A stretch of 63,560 nucleotides of DNA, the filler included, from Octopus bimaculoides (lineage: Eukaryota), in assembly GCF_001194135.2 (NCBI RefSeq). It is 4 parts of 4 records of this genome, joined end to end, with 100 filler letters (N's around TTAATTAATTAA, not from the genome) between each part and the next. Parts side by side here need not be neighbours in the genome. Positions count along the whole stretch, not along the records: positions 15,820 to 41,672 come from NC_068988.1; positions 41,773 to 52,398 come from NC_068992.1; 2 more parts are not named here. One strand, written 5' to 3'. Shown piece after piece: positions 36,228-50,152 of this stretch. The notes below the pieces were generated by a model. The model had not been told where the DNA came from. It searched no databases and saw only the letters and a list, made by a program, of their open reading frames with translations. The position numbers and the translations under genes are program-made. Within the stretch, counting starts at the first letter, position 1. The number at the start of each line of letters is the position of its first letter.

Positions 36228-36385
36228 GAATATCAAAGACCTTCGTTAAATCAATGAATACCTGAACAAGATCCATATTCTGCTCATAGCACTTCTGCAT
36301 CTGTCTTGCTGTGAAAATCATATCCATTGTCCAGATCGGAAGCCACATTGAGATTCAGATAGGACATCCTTCCTATTCAGCCGCA
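36228..36385 (-). mobile_element. RTE-clade reverse transcriptase fragment
   Basis: VLSESQCGFRSG then, after a frameshift, TMDMIFTARQMQKCYEQNMDLVQVFIDLTKVFD: the QxGFR and FIDLxKAFD RT motifs. Confidence 0.88.
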
Positions 36386-37009
36386 AACACCATGCCAAAA
36401 CAATGAAGCCTGGTGCAGTCTGATTGATTGCCAGCTCCTGCCAATCCGTCCAACCCAAGCCAACACAGAAAACAGACATTAAATGATGATGATGATACAT
36501 ATGTTGTGTTGACCTCCATAATACATTAAAGACTAGCTGGTCACAGTTGCAGAGATTTATTGAGCAACAGAGAAGATAAATAGAAACATTGATAACTGTC
36601 GTACTTCAATCTTCTCTACCGTGGACTGAATTTTCAAATTTCCACATTGGGTAACAATGGCTTCTAATTCGGGTACAAAGTAAGTGATTTGGGGGAGAGA
36701 ATGGGGTTAGTTGATGCCATTGACAGCAAAGGGATGAGAGACAAATTTGACCTTGGTGGGATTTGAAAGAATAAGAAAAAACATGGCAAGATAATTTTTC
36801 TGCTGCTCTAAATGTTCAGTCAGTTTCTCACCAAATTCTGAAGTGATAATGGTCTCAAATTTTGGCACAAGGCCAGCAATTTCAAGGGTGAGGCCAAGTC
36901 AATTACATCGGCCCCAATGTTCAACTGGTACTTAATTTACCAACCTCAGTGCTCAGTTGGTACTTATATAGGATTAAAGAGTATATTAGAGTCATCTTTT
37001 CTCTTTCTG

Positions 37010-37043
<34 letters not shown>

Positions 37044-37593
37044 NNNNNNNNNNNNNNNNNNNNNNNNNNNNNNNNNNNNNNNNNNNNNNNNNNNNNNNNN
37101 NNNNNNNNNNNNNNNNNNNNNNNNNNNNNNNNNNNNNNNNNNNNNNNNNNNNNNNNNNNNNNNNNNNNNNNNNNNNNNNNNNNNNNNNNNNNNNNNNNNN
37201 NNNNNNNNNNNNNNNNNNNNNNNNNNNNNNNNNNNNNNNNNNNNNNNNNNNNNNNNNNNNNNNNNNNNNNNNNNNNNNNNNNNNNNNNNNNNNNNNNNNN
37301 NNNNNNNNNNNNNNNNNNNNNNNNNNNNNNNNNNNNNNNNNNNNNNNNNNNNNNNNNNNNNNNNNNNNNNNNNNNNNNNNNNNNNNNNNNNNNNNNNNNN
37401 NNNNNNNNNNNNNNNNNNNNNNNNNNNNNNNNNNNNNNNNNNNNNNNNNNNNNNNNNNNNNNNNNNNNNNNNNNNNNNNNNNNNNNNNNNNNNNNNNNNN
37501 NNNNNNNNNNNNNNNNNNNNNNNNNNNNNNNNNNNNNNNNNNNNNNNNNNNNNNNNNNNNNNNNNNNNNNNNNNNNNNNNNNNNNNNNNNNNN

Positions 37594-37632
<39 letters not shown>

Positions 37633-37971
37633 CATACACGCATATACACACACACATACACATCAGTTAACTAACCAGTCGATAACAAATAAATATATTT
37701 GAAGCAAAATATAATTAGTGTCTGGTCGGTGGAGCGTTTATCCGTGTTATTTTTGTCATTAGTTTTTGTCTTTCATTGACCGTTGTGTATATTTTCACTC
37801 ACATAATTTATTCCTAGGTTCTTTTATCTATTAAATACTTATAAACAAACTCAGTAAATTCGCGTTTCTCCTTTTATTCATATAATTACAGTTTATGGTC
37901 GTGGTTTAAAGACCTCCGCATACAAATGCACTAATTGTTTAATGCTAGAAATGCGTACTCACGTCTGCACG

Positions 37972-38002
<31 letters not shown>

Positions 38003-38024
38003 GTATATCTGTATATATGCATGT

Positions 38025-38182
38025 ACGTCTGTATGTGTAGTAAGAGGCTTGCTTCCCAACCACATTGTTCCTGGTTCAGTCCCACTGCGTGGCGACGTGT
38101 GCGTATTCTGCTGTAGCCTCGGGCCGGCCAAAGCCATGGCAGTGGATTTGGTAGACGGAAACTGAACGAAGCTCGTCGTATA
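38025..38182 (+). mobile_element. SINE family A, 5' half
   Basis: GCTTGCTTCCCAACCAC...GGTTCAGTCCCACTGCGTGGC...GGATTTGGTAGACGGAAACTGAA. Confidence 0.8.
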
Positions 38183-38198
38183 TCTATCTATCTATCTT

Positions 38199-38259
<61 letters not shown>

Positions 38260-38536
38260 ATGTGTGTGTGTATAGATACTCTGTCGGATACGTAGTGTGT
38301 TCGTTTTTGGTGAGGTGAGAATTCTGTTTATTTATATATATTTTTGGGACAATACTGTGCTGATGAACGAAATCTAGATTCATTCTAGTAATCGCGAAAT
38401 CGGTCGATACACAGTTAAGTTTATTTAAAAGAAAGTTGGTCATCTTCTGTTGGTTGTTTTTCCTCGCATTAGCTGCTAAATGTGGTTATTTTGAGAAGTC
38501 CACTGTGTGGCGTTATTATTTTTCTGTAATAATGCC

Positions 38537-38625
<89 letters not shown>

Positions 38626-38787
38626 CAACATACATACGTTGTCCTCGTTGTCCTCGTTGGCCCCGCCACCTTTCCATGTACTCCTTTCGTCATTTGTACT
38701 TCTTCATTTATGTCGTTATCTCTGACAGCCGACAAGACGAATATTTGCACGAAACAACCGTACACGGAGGATCAGTGTACGGGTACT

Positions 38788-39135
38788 CGTGGCACTCCGT
38801 CGGTTACGACAACGAGGGTTCCAGTTTATCCGATCAACGGAATAGCCTGCTCGTGAAATTAACGTGCAAGTGGCTGAGCACTCCATAGATACGTGTACAA
38901 CTTAACGTACTTCCCGGGAAGGTTCAGCGTGACAGAGAGTGTGACGAGGCTGGCCCTTTGAAACACAGGTACAACAGAAACAGGAAGAAAGAGTGAGAGA
39001 AAGATGTGGTGAAAGAGTACAGCAGAATTCGCCACCCCCACCCCCTGCCGGATCCTCGTGAAGCTTTAGGTGTTTTCGCTCAATAAGCACTCACAGCGCC
39101 CGATCTGGGAATCTAACCACTAGGCCATTGCGCCC
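38788..39135 (-). mobile_element. SINE family C, head type 2
   Basis: Same tail as 25744 and 39775 with the alternative head and the GA-rich insert seen at 22088 and 60848. Confidence 0.85.
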
Positions 39136-39227
39136 CCACATACGGATACTAACGTATGAGTGTTTGCTTAATGTGTATACTTTTGCGTGCACGTATCACC
39201 AGGTATGTTTGTATGTGCATACACACA

Positions 39228-39279
<52 letters not shown>

Positions 39280-39774
39280 TACACACACGTGTATACACGC
39301 ATATACATCCAAACTTGCATATATCTAAGTACACGGATGTATCTATATGCGTATCTGTGCGTACTTGTGCATATATTTTCGAGTGCGAGTGGCAGCTTTC
39401 GTTTCTGCGTTTTCACATTTTAACACATTAAACTAAATATCTACGCACAATCAATTATACACATTGTAGAAACATCACACTTTCACCATTTCCTAAGCCT
39501 TTATCTCCAATCTGGCCCTACTTATACGCACGTAAAGTTAATTACTCAACTTTAACCACTTACCGCCTTCTTGTAAATACATATCGATCAGTTAAATTAT
39601 TCCGCTCTATTAGTATTTTTCTTCTCACCTTAAAACTGATGATAGTAGTTAAATTTACCTAATTACTCTGACCTTTAACTCACTTTATGGTTTCGTACAT
39701 ATCAGAACCTGATCTAACTGTTAAACGTTTCTCTACTCCATTGTGATCATTACCGTTTGATTATATCAATTCCG

Positions 39775-40097
39775 TGAAGGCCCGTGGCTTAGTGGTTCGG
39801 GTATTCGGCTCACGATCGTAAGGTCCCGAGTTCAATTCCCGGCGACGCGTTGTGCCCTCGAGCAAAACGCTTTATTTCATGTTGCAACAGTCCACTCAGC
39901 TGGCAAAAATGAGTTGTACCTGTATTTCAAAGGATCAGTCATGTCATTTCCTGTGTCACGCTGAATCTCCCTGAGAACTCCATTAAGGGTACACGTGTCT
40001 GTGGAGTGCTCAGCCGCTTGCACGTTAATTTCACGAGCAGGCTGTTCTGTTGATTGGATTAACTGGAGCCTTCGTCGTCGTAACCGACGGAATACCA
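39775..40097 (+). mobile_element. SINE family C, head type 1
   Basis: Colinear with 25744-26055 over the full length. Confidence 0.9.
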
Positions 40098-40101
40098 ATA
40101 G

Positions 40102-40134
<33 letters not shown>

Positions 40135-40225
40135 TACAAATAAAAGGGTAATATTATGTTGATGCATGATGTCGCTTGATCGAGCATGCATAATTGCCTG
40201 CATTGTCAAACCTGCAAACTAGAAT

Positions 40226-40285
40226 ATCATACTGATGACGGGAATGAAGGTTTTTACTATTCTGATCCAGAAACGCGTCTATGAT
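40226..40285 (+). ncRNA. Type I hammerhead ribozyme motif (Penelope-LTR style)
   Basis: Helix I ATCATA (40226-31) / TATGAT (40280-85) is a perfect 6 bp; core CTGATGA (40232-38); GAAAC (40270-74); palindromic ACGCGT helix III; cleavage triplet GTC (40277-79). Helix II is long and imperfect, with a C.A mismatch at the closing position. Confidence 0.65.
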
Positions 40286-40485
40286 TAACTAAGACTGGTT
40301 AGTTTCGTTGTTTTTTCTTCTTGTTTTGCCTTTGTGAGTCACAAGTACTGCTATCTGTTGGAGTTTTAGCACTTTAGCTGCTATTTCTGAACTTCGGCAT
40401 GTGGTGAAGCAACTGTTGCTGATCCCTTAATTATGTTTATCTATCTATCTATCTACTATCTATCTATCTATTATCTATCTATCTA

Positions 40486-40530
<45 letters not shown>

Positions 40531-41107
40531 CCCCTCTTTCTCTTTCGGTCTCTCTCTTTCTCTCTCCCCCTCTCTCTCTCAGTCAGTGGCATCACGGCCA
40601 ATTTTGTAGACTATGGAGAGTTAGTATTGTGGTGTTTGAAAAGCAGCTTCTTAGATTACCTTGAATTTCCAATCCTTGATATGCAGCTTCAGCAAAAGTT
40701 CATATTTGCATGCGCTCACGCTCGCGCGCGCACACGGTGTTCTGTGTACGCGTAAGTATCATAATTACTGGCAGAGAACCAGGGAGTGTTTCTGCTGGTA
40801 ATAATTATGCAATTTAGATTGCATAATCTTGGATAATGTTTGGTATATTAATAATTCAAAAAGAACTCGGTGCTTTAATATACAAAAATCTGTTCCTTTA
40901 AGAAAAAATGGAATAAATCTTATACATCTAAGTATGTATGCATATGTATGTATGTATGCATATGTATGTATGCATGTATGTATGCATGTATGTATGTATG
41001 TATGTATGTATGTATGTATGTATGTATGTGTGTGTGTGTGCGTGCGTGTGTGTGCGTGTATGCGTGTGTTTATGTACATATACATACATACATGCATTAT
41101 ATATACC

Positions 41108-41262
41108 TCTGGCAGAATCGTTAGCACGCCGGGCGAACTGCCTAGTGGTATTTCGTCTGCTGTTACGTTCTGAGTTCAAATTCCGCCGGGGTCGACTTTG
41201 CCTTTCATCCTTTCGGGGTCGATTAAATAAATACCAGTTACGCACTAGGGTCGATATAATCA
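41108..41262 (+). mobile_element. SINE family B, 3'-truncated
   Basis: CTGGCAGAATCGTTAGCACGCCGGG...GAGTTCAAATTCCGCC...GCCTTTCATCCTTTCGGGGTCGAT. Confidence 0.85.
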
Positions 41263-41672
41263 CTTATATCAGATTTTATTAGTATTTTTATTTTTTATTG
41301 AGAATGCGAAGTTGTTTATATTTTTAAGCCTTCAGGCTGTTTTATTCCGGGGCGGCCAATGCATTAATGATAATCACCATTTTATGTCAAAGCACATCTA
41401 ATAATTTTCTAATTTTTATAATTTCACAGTTCTTTTTTTTTTTATTGTTTTTCTTATTTCGTTGATTAAGTTTCCATTATTTTCGCTAACGGTCATCCGA
41501 TCGTTCCAACAGCTTCCTTCGATTTTCAAACTGTGAGCAACCTTCATCCAATCAGAATGAAGATCGGTAACAGGAAACTCGGATTAACAGTTTTTTTCAC
41601 AAAACTTTGTTTCACCCAACTTTTGTTATTAACGACATATATGTGTATTTTTATATTTCCATACCTGTGCAC

Positions 41673-41772
41673 NNNNNNNNNNNNNNNNNNNNNNNNNNNN
41701 NNNNNNNNNNNNNNNNTTAATTAATTAANNNNNNNNNNNNNNNNNNNNNNNNNNNNNNNNNNNNNNNNNNNN
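41673..41772. other. Artificial join spacer N44-TTAATTAATTAA-N44
   Basis: Linker at 41717-41728 with 44 N on each side. Confidence 0.95.
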
Positions 41773-41837
<65 letters not shown>

Positions 41838-42180
41838 AATCTATATTACGCACACACATATATACGCACACACACACATATATGTATGTATATATTTATA
41901 TAGACATATATATATATACATATATATGTGTGAATGTATGTATGTATGTATGTATGAACCCACACGTGCATATTGATACATGACTGCATATATATATATA
42001 TGCATATGTATACGAATACATACATTTGTGTATGCTTGGTTTCTAGCCTGTTTGCCATTGTGTAGATGAATACGTATGTATTAGATAATCAGACGTGTAT
42101 ATACAAATTATATAGGTATATAGTTAGACAGACAAACAAATAGGTGGACAGGTAAACAGACAGATAGATAGATAGATAGC

Positions 42181-42224
<44 letters not shown>

Positions 42225-42247
42225 CAGAGAGACAGAGAGACAGAGAC

Positions 42248-42300
<53 letters not shown>

Positions 42301-43164
42301 GTTATAATATGTGCAAACAAGGAATACATACGTGTGGGGCGAGGATGTTGTCTAATCAAGTTGATTTGCGTTTCGTTCGTAATGAAACATTTCAATATTT
42401 CAATTAAACCAACTTAAGTGAAATTCCCCCCCTATAATTATAAGTTGTGTCACAGAAGTCACTCTGTTATCCGCCGCCACTTGCGCTTAATCCAGACTAA
42501 CTCCTGTATATGTATTGTCGTCGCTTTATGGTTAAGAAATTTGCTTCCAAACCACGTGGACACGGGTTCAATCCAACTCCATTGCACTTTGTTCTGGAAT
42601 CAAACTGATCAAAGCTTGCTTTTGAACAAAAGTATGGTCACAAAGCCATCCTTTCTTACTAAAAGAAAAAGGAAAGGAAAGAAGAAATGGCGGTAACAGT
42701 TGTGATGAAAATTATGATGTTAATTATGATTGTGTAACAATCATGATCACCCTCAGCAGCAATATCATCGCACTATCAAGAGTACCAATACTGTCATTGT
42801 CATCACACGTGTAGCAGCTACTAGTTACATTTTCTTTCATTACATCCTAAGTTAAGGCAACGATTTGGTACACTATTTACGCACAGAACCAAATGTTTAA
42901 CCGCGCATCATCTGCCCACGACGTCGTCTTTACTTTCCATGTTTTACGAGTCGATAAAATAAGTACCAACCGAGCACTTAGCTCGAAGACATTGACTCAT
43001 CGCTCACCCCTAAAACTGCTGGTCTTACATCAAAATGGTCATCGGACTTCTGCAATATCATACATTTTATTTAGCATAATATTTGTTAATATAAATAATA
43101 TTCGTTAATATCAGTAACTAATATTATATATATATATATAATACAAATGATATATGAGTATATG

Positions 43165-43365
43165 CATTTATACGTACATATATGTACATACCTACATCTA
43201 TATGTATATATAGATGCATATCTGGGTACAGGACGTTGCAAAAAAAACCTGGACAAAATGATAAACGGAGTACAGAAAACACACAGGCCACATAGAGAAC
43301 ATTTCCTTCATCAGCTGCCACCATTCTAAAACTAAGCGTTTCGAAGAGTTAGGGCAGGACGCATT
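43165..43365 (-). repeat. Interspersed repeat, second copy at 46370-46548
   Basis: ATCTGGGTACAGGACGTTGCAAA...CACACAGGCCACATA...CATTTCCTTCATCAGCTGCCACCATTCTAAAACTAAGCGTTT is shared. The minus strand has GAAAC and CTGATGA, which suggests a PLE origin. Confidence 0.65.
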
Positions 43366-43366
43366 G

Positions 43367-43404
<38 letters not shown>

Positions 43405-44159
43405 TAGAAGTATATAAACGCACTGAACTGACAGAACCCTTAGCATTTCGCCCTTTTTTACATAATTGCATATGTATGTATGTATACGCGTATATGTGTG
43501 TGGGTACAGTTTATTAAAATTTCATCCGTGAGAACCACAACTAAAAACTTACTTTAATATCGCCAATTGTATATACATCTAGATCTGCCTTTTATTTCAG
43601 CTAATCACTTATGTATTCTGTCAGATTTGCTTCAAGCTGAACTATATTCAATTATATTATCTATGCTCTATCCATTATATTGAGTATTTTTTCGGTTCGT
43701 TATCACAGATACAATATTATATTTACAGATTCACAAAAGCATACGTTCAAACATATCAACTTACATATAACATACATATCAGAATATCTACGTTAATATA
43801 TACGCTTTCTTTCTCTTTCTTTTCCTTTTGTCGCGATTGACATTCATAATTTGTTATCACTGATAATTTGTTGATAGACCTACTGCTACATCTGTACTAT
43901 AAACTAAACAAGGTACTAAGTGCAGTCAAAATACGATTTTCAAAACCCTTTACATGCAGAGCCCTTTCAGATAACCGATATTTCCGAACAAATTAGTAAA
44001 TTAGATATTTATTTTAGGAGTATGGGATATTTCCTTATCGGAGACAAATAGGAAAAATGAGAAAGGTATAGATTAATGAAATGACGACATAGAGGACAGA
44101 AGTAAGGGAATAAGGAGATGAAGAAAAAGAAGAAAAAGAAGCATAAAAGTTCACAGTTC

Positions 44160-44935
44160 AGATTTTTCATTTTGGGGCTTTGTAGGAGTATAGATATGTT
44201 CGATTTTATCGCGTTAAATATGTTGGTTATTCCAGGGTTGTGTGTGTTACCGAACGGAAACCATGTTTCGTTAACTTTTTCCTTAGGGTCCGTAGTTGAA
44301 TTATATTCAATTTCATCGCCTTTTTAATTCCTTTAATCCTGAGGGGTATTTCTGCATTGTGAGGAAGCCTTTGAGTTCGTTGAGTCGGATTTCACATGTT
44401 TTGGGGTCAGTCACTGTAGCACAGATTCGTCTTCCCATGCGGTATGGGATGTTTCTAGTGATGCGTGATGGATGGCAAGAGTAGAATTTAAATATTGGTG
44501 TGCATCATTTTTTGTAAAATATGTCTGTGTGACTGTGGAGTTCTGTATTTTTATATCGATATCCAGGAATGGTAACTCATCGCAACTGGATTCTGCCGTG
44601 AATTTCATGGACGGAGGAAGTGTGTTTAGTATATTGTTGAATATACTTAGATCTTCATTCGATATGTTCCAGAAGATGAAGCAATCATCAAAGAAGCCTT
44701 TTCCACTTTTTAATGATATATTTCTTGTACTCTTGATCCAAAGTTCTTTCTACTTCCTCATAAAGTTTTTCTTCCAAGTATCCCATAACGAAGTTTGCAT
44801 TTGAGGGCGCAAACCGCGACACCATAGCCGTGTCCTTTAACTGTCAATATCTTTTGTTGTAGAATCTAAAAGTATTTTCTTCTTGTACTCTACGTTTCTC
44901 TACCCAGTGTTTGGTTGCTTCTAGGCACCAAATTA
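44160..44935 (-). mobile_element. Penelope-like element reverse transcriptase fragment
   Basis: ENTFRFYNKRY*QLKDTAM...ANFVMGYLEEKLY...KWKR/FDDCFIFW...MKFTAESSCDELPFLDIDI...DAHQYLN...THNPGITNIF: PLE RT motifs GTAMG, A.LVMGYLE, R(F/Y)xDD, LPFLD and QYL. Confidence 0.9.
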
Positions 44936-45329
44936 AACATCCACTATTGTGGTGATGGTGATGGTGATGGTGCAAACGATGTCGAGGAGAAGGCGGCGAT
45001 GTCACAGATGTTGATGGTGGAGCCGTCAGAATCCTGAATAGTGTGTGTATGGCAGTTGTGGTGCCGATGGTCGTGGTACCGGTGATGGTGATGGTTGAAA
45101 ACAATCAACAGAAAGCGAGAGAGAGAAAGAAAGAGGTTAGACAAAAAAAATTGTACCTACCCCTGAATGGGAAGACAAACTATATTGTTTATCATGCAGC
45201 TTTGCAATAAGTTCCAAGTCGATAAATCACAACACTATTTTGATGAAAATTGTTCATTGCTTGAAAAGTATTGGTCAAGTTTAATAAAATCTAATGAGTA
45301 CTCAATGCATGAAGAGCCCTCCACAGGAG

Positions 45330-45481
<152 letters not shown>

Positions 45482-46315
45482 TGTGTGTGTGTGTGTATGT
45501 ATACGTACATACTGTGAGTGTATTTGCATGCAGTAATTCTTAACTGCAAGTAAGCATTTGTATATATATATATATATGTTTGTGTGTGTGAGTGTATGTG
45601 TATACATATGCACACGCTTTTGCGTGTGTGTAACATGTATATACGTGTGTGTGTAATATGTATGCATGTATGTATGTATGTATGTATTATGTATGTATGC
45701 ATGTATGACTTCGTCTCGTTCTCCACAAAAATGTGTGGTAAATTATTTTCCTTTTAAGAGTACATATATCTTCCTGTAAATTCTCGTTTTCCCCGCGTGT
45801 AAGCAATTTCCTTGAATTTCGCTGTACACCGCCAATATGTTCATAGAAAGGCAAGAGTATATATATATATACATATATANNNNNNNNNNNNNNNNNNNNN
45901 NNNNNNNNNNNNNNNNNNNNNNNNNNNNNNNNNNNNNNNNNNNNNNNNNNNNNNNNNNNNNNNNNNNNNNNNNNNNNNNNNNNNNNNNNNNNNNNNNNNN
46001 NNNNNNNNNNNNNNNNNNNNNNNNNNNNNNNNNNNNNNNNNNNNNNNNNNNNNNNNNNNNNNNNNNNNNNNNNNNNNNNNNNNNNNNNNNNNNNNNNNNN
46101 NNNNNNNNNNNNNNNNNNNNNNNNNNNNNNNGCTATTATTCATGATTATTTTGTATCATTTCCTTGTAGAACATAACCATTTCTGACACATATATATTTC
46201 CCAAACCTTAGTTTCATTTATGTATATATATTTAAGCCTGAACACTTATATGCACACACAAAGACAGGCATATATGCAACTATACATAATTATAATATAT
46301 ACATATATCTATCTA

Positions 46316-46352
<37 letters not shown>

Positions 46353-46814
46353 CAAATAATATATGAGCATATGGATATATACGTACATGTATGTGCATAC
46401 CTACATCTACATGTATATATAAATGCATATCTGGGTACAGGACGTTGCAAAGAAACGTGGACGAAATTATAAACATAGTACAGAAAACACACAGGCCACA
46501 TACAGAACATTTCCTTCATCAGCTGCCACCATTCTAAAACTAAGCGTTTGTATGTATATATAGGTGCTTGTTTATATAGACGTAAGAATGTACGTATATA
46601 TAATGATTTGTAGGTGCGTGGAATTTCGTTATGCAACCATGATATACTATCTTTTTTTTTTACATCCGATGTCCCGTATGCGAAACGTCGTAGCAAAAAT
46701 CAGTGCTCGACAGAATTTCTATTGAATATCTGCAGAAATAACCTTAACAACAATGTAAAAGCTCACTACTAACGCAGTGGAACGTGGTATTGACTTACGA
46801 TGGCGTTTAATATA

Positions 46815-47200
46815 CTTTTCTATTCTAGGCACAAGGCCCGAAATTCCGGGGGAGGGGCAACTGGCATTTAATTTATCGACCCCGAAAGGATGAAAGGCAA
46901 TGTCGACCTCGGGGTAATTTGAACTCAGAACGTAAAGGCAGATAAAATACGGCTAAGTATTTTGCCCGATGTGCTAACGTTTCTTATTTCATTACTGCCC
47001 ACAAGGAGCTACACACGGAGGCGACAAACGGATTAAGTCGATTATATCGACCTCAGCGTTACTGGTAGTTATTTAATCGACCCCGAAAGGATAAAAGGCA
47101 AAGTCGACCTCTGCGTAATTTGAACTCAGACGTAAAGACAGACTAAATGCTGCTAAGCATTTCGCCCGATTTGCCAATGTTTTTGTAAGCTTGCCGCCTT
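46815..47200 (-). mobile_element. SINE family B heterodimer (tail-1 unit followed by tail-2 unit)
   Basis: Two cores joined by AATAAGAAACGTTAGC (minus strand, 46973-46988). Confidence 0.85.
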
Positions 47201-47869
47201 TATAAAACCATTAACATACTTTATAATATATTACGGTTGCGTAACAGAATACTACGTACCTACCAGTCATTTGTATTTACGTACCAGCTTCAAGGAATGC
47301 GTTTAATATGTAAATTGGTATATGCAATAACTTTACACCGCTATGTGTGGTAGCTATACAAGCAACGTGTTCGGGCATGATTAATGGGTTAGATGTATGC
47401 TGATGAAGGGGAAAAACCAACCACTACTATGGCATATACGCCCATTAACCATTTTAAATCTTCGATCTCATTGTTTGATTACATCTGACATCTTGTATAC
47501 GAGACGTGGTAGCAGAAATTAATGCTAGCTATAATTTCTATAGAATATCTGTAGAAATAATCTAAATAATAAATAATATGTATGTTTGTGTGTATATAGA
47601 GAGAAACGGGTAAGAGGGAAATTGACGCTCCACTCATGTCATAACACAAAAATATATATACGATGAGTGTATTTTCTCTACATATGTAGAAAGGATATTG
47701 GTAGCACTGCACTTAGTTGTTAGTGGTGGACGCAATGCATTAGGGCTTGTATTCCGATTTTCTAAGTTCTTAAACCGTCAATGCCAAAATGTTCTTCATG
47801 GTAAAATTATTTTAGCATTTTCTACCTTGTCTTATTTTCCTTATACATATCTCAGAGAGAGAGAGAGAG

Positions 47870-47997
47870 AGAGAGTTATTTGACTGCGGTCATGCTGGAT
47901 CACCATCTTTAGTTGAACAAATTGACCCCAGGACTTATTCTTTATAAATCTAGTATTCGTTCTATCATCTATATATATATATAGACGATAGAATGAA

Positions 47998-48039
<42 letters not shown>

Positions 48040-48210
48040 ATATATATATCACGGGCTTCTTTCAGTTTCCGTCTACCAAATCCACCCACAAAGCTTTGGT
48101 CGGCCCGATGCTATAGTGGAAGACACTCGCCAAGGTGCTACGCAGTGGGACTAAACCTGGAACTATTTGGTTGGGAAGTAAGTTTCTGACTATACTCCCT
48201 CTCCTGCGCC
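47870..48210 (-). mobile_element. SINE family A with internal (TA)n
   Basis: Tail TTTGACTGCGGTCATGCTGGA and head TTTCAGTTTCCGTCTACCAAATCCAC...GTGGGACTAAACCTGG. Confidence 0.8.
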
Positions 48211-48486
48211 ATATAATATATATACATACTTACATGTATTTATATATAAATATTTATGTATGTATGTATGTATGTATGTATGCAAGTACGTATGTATATG
48301 TATATAAGTGTGCATGTTTATAAAGTCTCAGAAATAAAAGAATTTATTGTCTTTCTTTTATTCATCGATTCGTTTCCTTTCATTCGAAACGTCATTTCAC
48401 ATACATACTAGGTCTGAAGAGAGTGAGAAGCTAAATAAATTCATATTTGTAGCCCTGCATCGAACGCCAAATGTGCCAAATATCTT

Positions 48487-48591
<105 letters not shown>

Positions 48592-48707
48592 GTGTGTGTC
48601 GTGATATACATACACACTAGCGTATATAATGACATTAAAAACAGATATTTGCTCGCTTGAGTAAGTATGTGTTGAATGTATGTGTGTGCGTGTTTGTGTG
48701 TGTGTGT

Positions 48708-48752
<45 letters not shown>

Positions 48753-49091
48753 TGTGTGTGTATAGGTAAGATAGAAAGACGAGGGTAGAAATAGAAGGAA
48801 GTGTAGGTGGATAATTGACGTTAAAGTGACTAATTTTTCGCAAGTCGTCAAAAAGGCAATGATAATTAAAGTATAAAAGTGAACATAACATTGTTTATCA
48901 CATTAAGATAATTAATAAGAAAGAAATTTAATACATGCTTACATATTTATATATATGCTTACATTGATAAACATATACATTAAAGTACATATATTCGTGT
49001 GTGTATGTGTGTACGCACGTGTGCATGTGTATGTATGTGTTAATATGTATGTATTTATCCATATGTGTATCCATATGTATACATATATATG

Positions 49092-49136
<45 letters not shown>

Positions 49137-50093
49137 NNNNNNNNNNNNNNNNNNNNNNNNNNNNNNNNNNNNNNNNNNNNNNNNNNNNNNNNNNNNNNNN
49201 NNNNNNNNNNNNNNNNNNNNNNNNNNNNNNNNNNNNNNNNNNNNNNNNNNNNNNNNNNNNNNNNNNNNNNNNNNNNNNNNNNNNNNNNNNNNNNNNNNNN
49301 NNNNNNNNNNNNNNNNNNNNNNNNNNNNNNNNNNNNNNNNNNNNNNNNNNNNNNNNNNNNNNNNNNNNNNNNNNNNNNNNNNNNNNNNNNNNNNNNNNNN
49401 NNNNNNNNNNNNNNNNNNNNNNNNNNNNNNNNNNNNNNNNNNNNNNNNNNNNNNNNNNNNNNNNNNNNNNNNNNNNNNNNNNNNNNNNNNNNNNNNNNNN
49501 NNNNNNNNNNNNNNNNNNNNNNNNNNNNNNNNNNNNNNNNNNNNNNNNNNNNNNNNNNNNNNNNNNNNNNNNNNNNNNNNNNNNNNNNNNNNNNNNNNNN
49601 NNNNNNNNNNNNNNNNNNNNNNNNNNNNNNNNNNNNNNNNNNNNNNNNNNNNNNNNNNNNNNNNNNNNNNNNNNNNNNNNNNNNNNNNNNNNNNNNNNNN
49701 NNNNNNNNNNNNNNNNNNNNNNNNNNNNNNNNNNNNNNNNNNNNNNNNNNNNNNNNNNNNNNNNNNNNNNNNNNNNNNNNNNNNNNNNNNNNNNNNNNNN
49801 NNNNNNNNNNNNNNNNNNNNNNNNNNNNNNNNNNNNNNNNNNNNNNNNNNNNNNNNNNNNNNNATATATACATATATATGTATGTATGTATATACATATG
49901 TATATATACACACAAACACACAGATATATATGCGTGTGTATATATATATATATAGATATAGATAGATAGATAAGATAAATAGATAGATAGATAGATAGAT
50001 ATAGATGTAGATATGCATGTAAGTGTTTATGTATATATGTGCGTGTGAACGTGTTTTTGTAGTTAGTGATACATGTATGTATATATATATATT

Positions 50094-50152
<59 letters not shown>

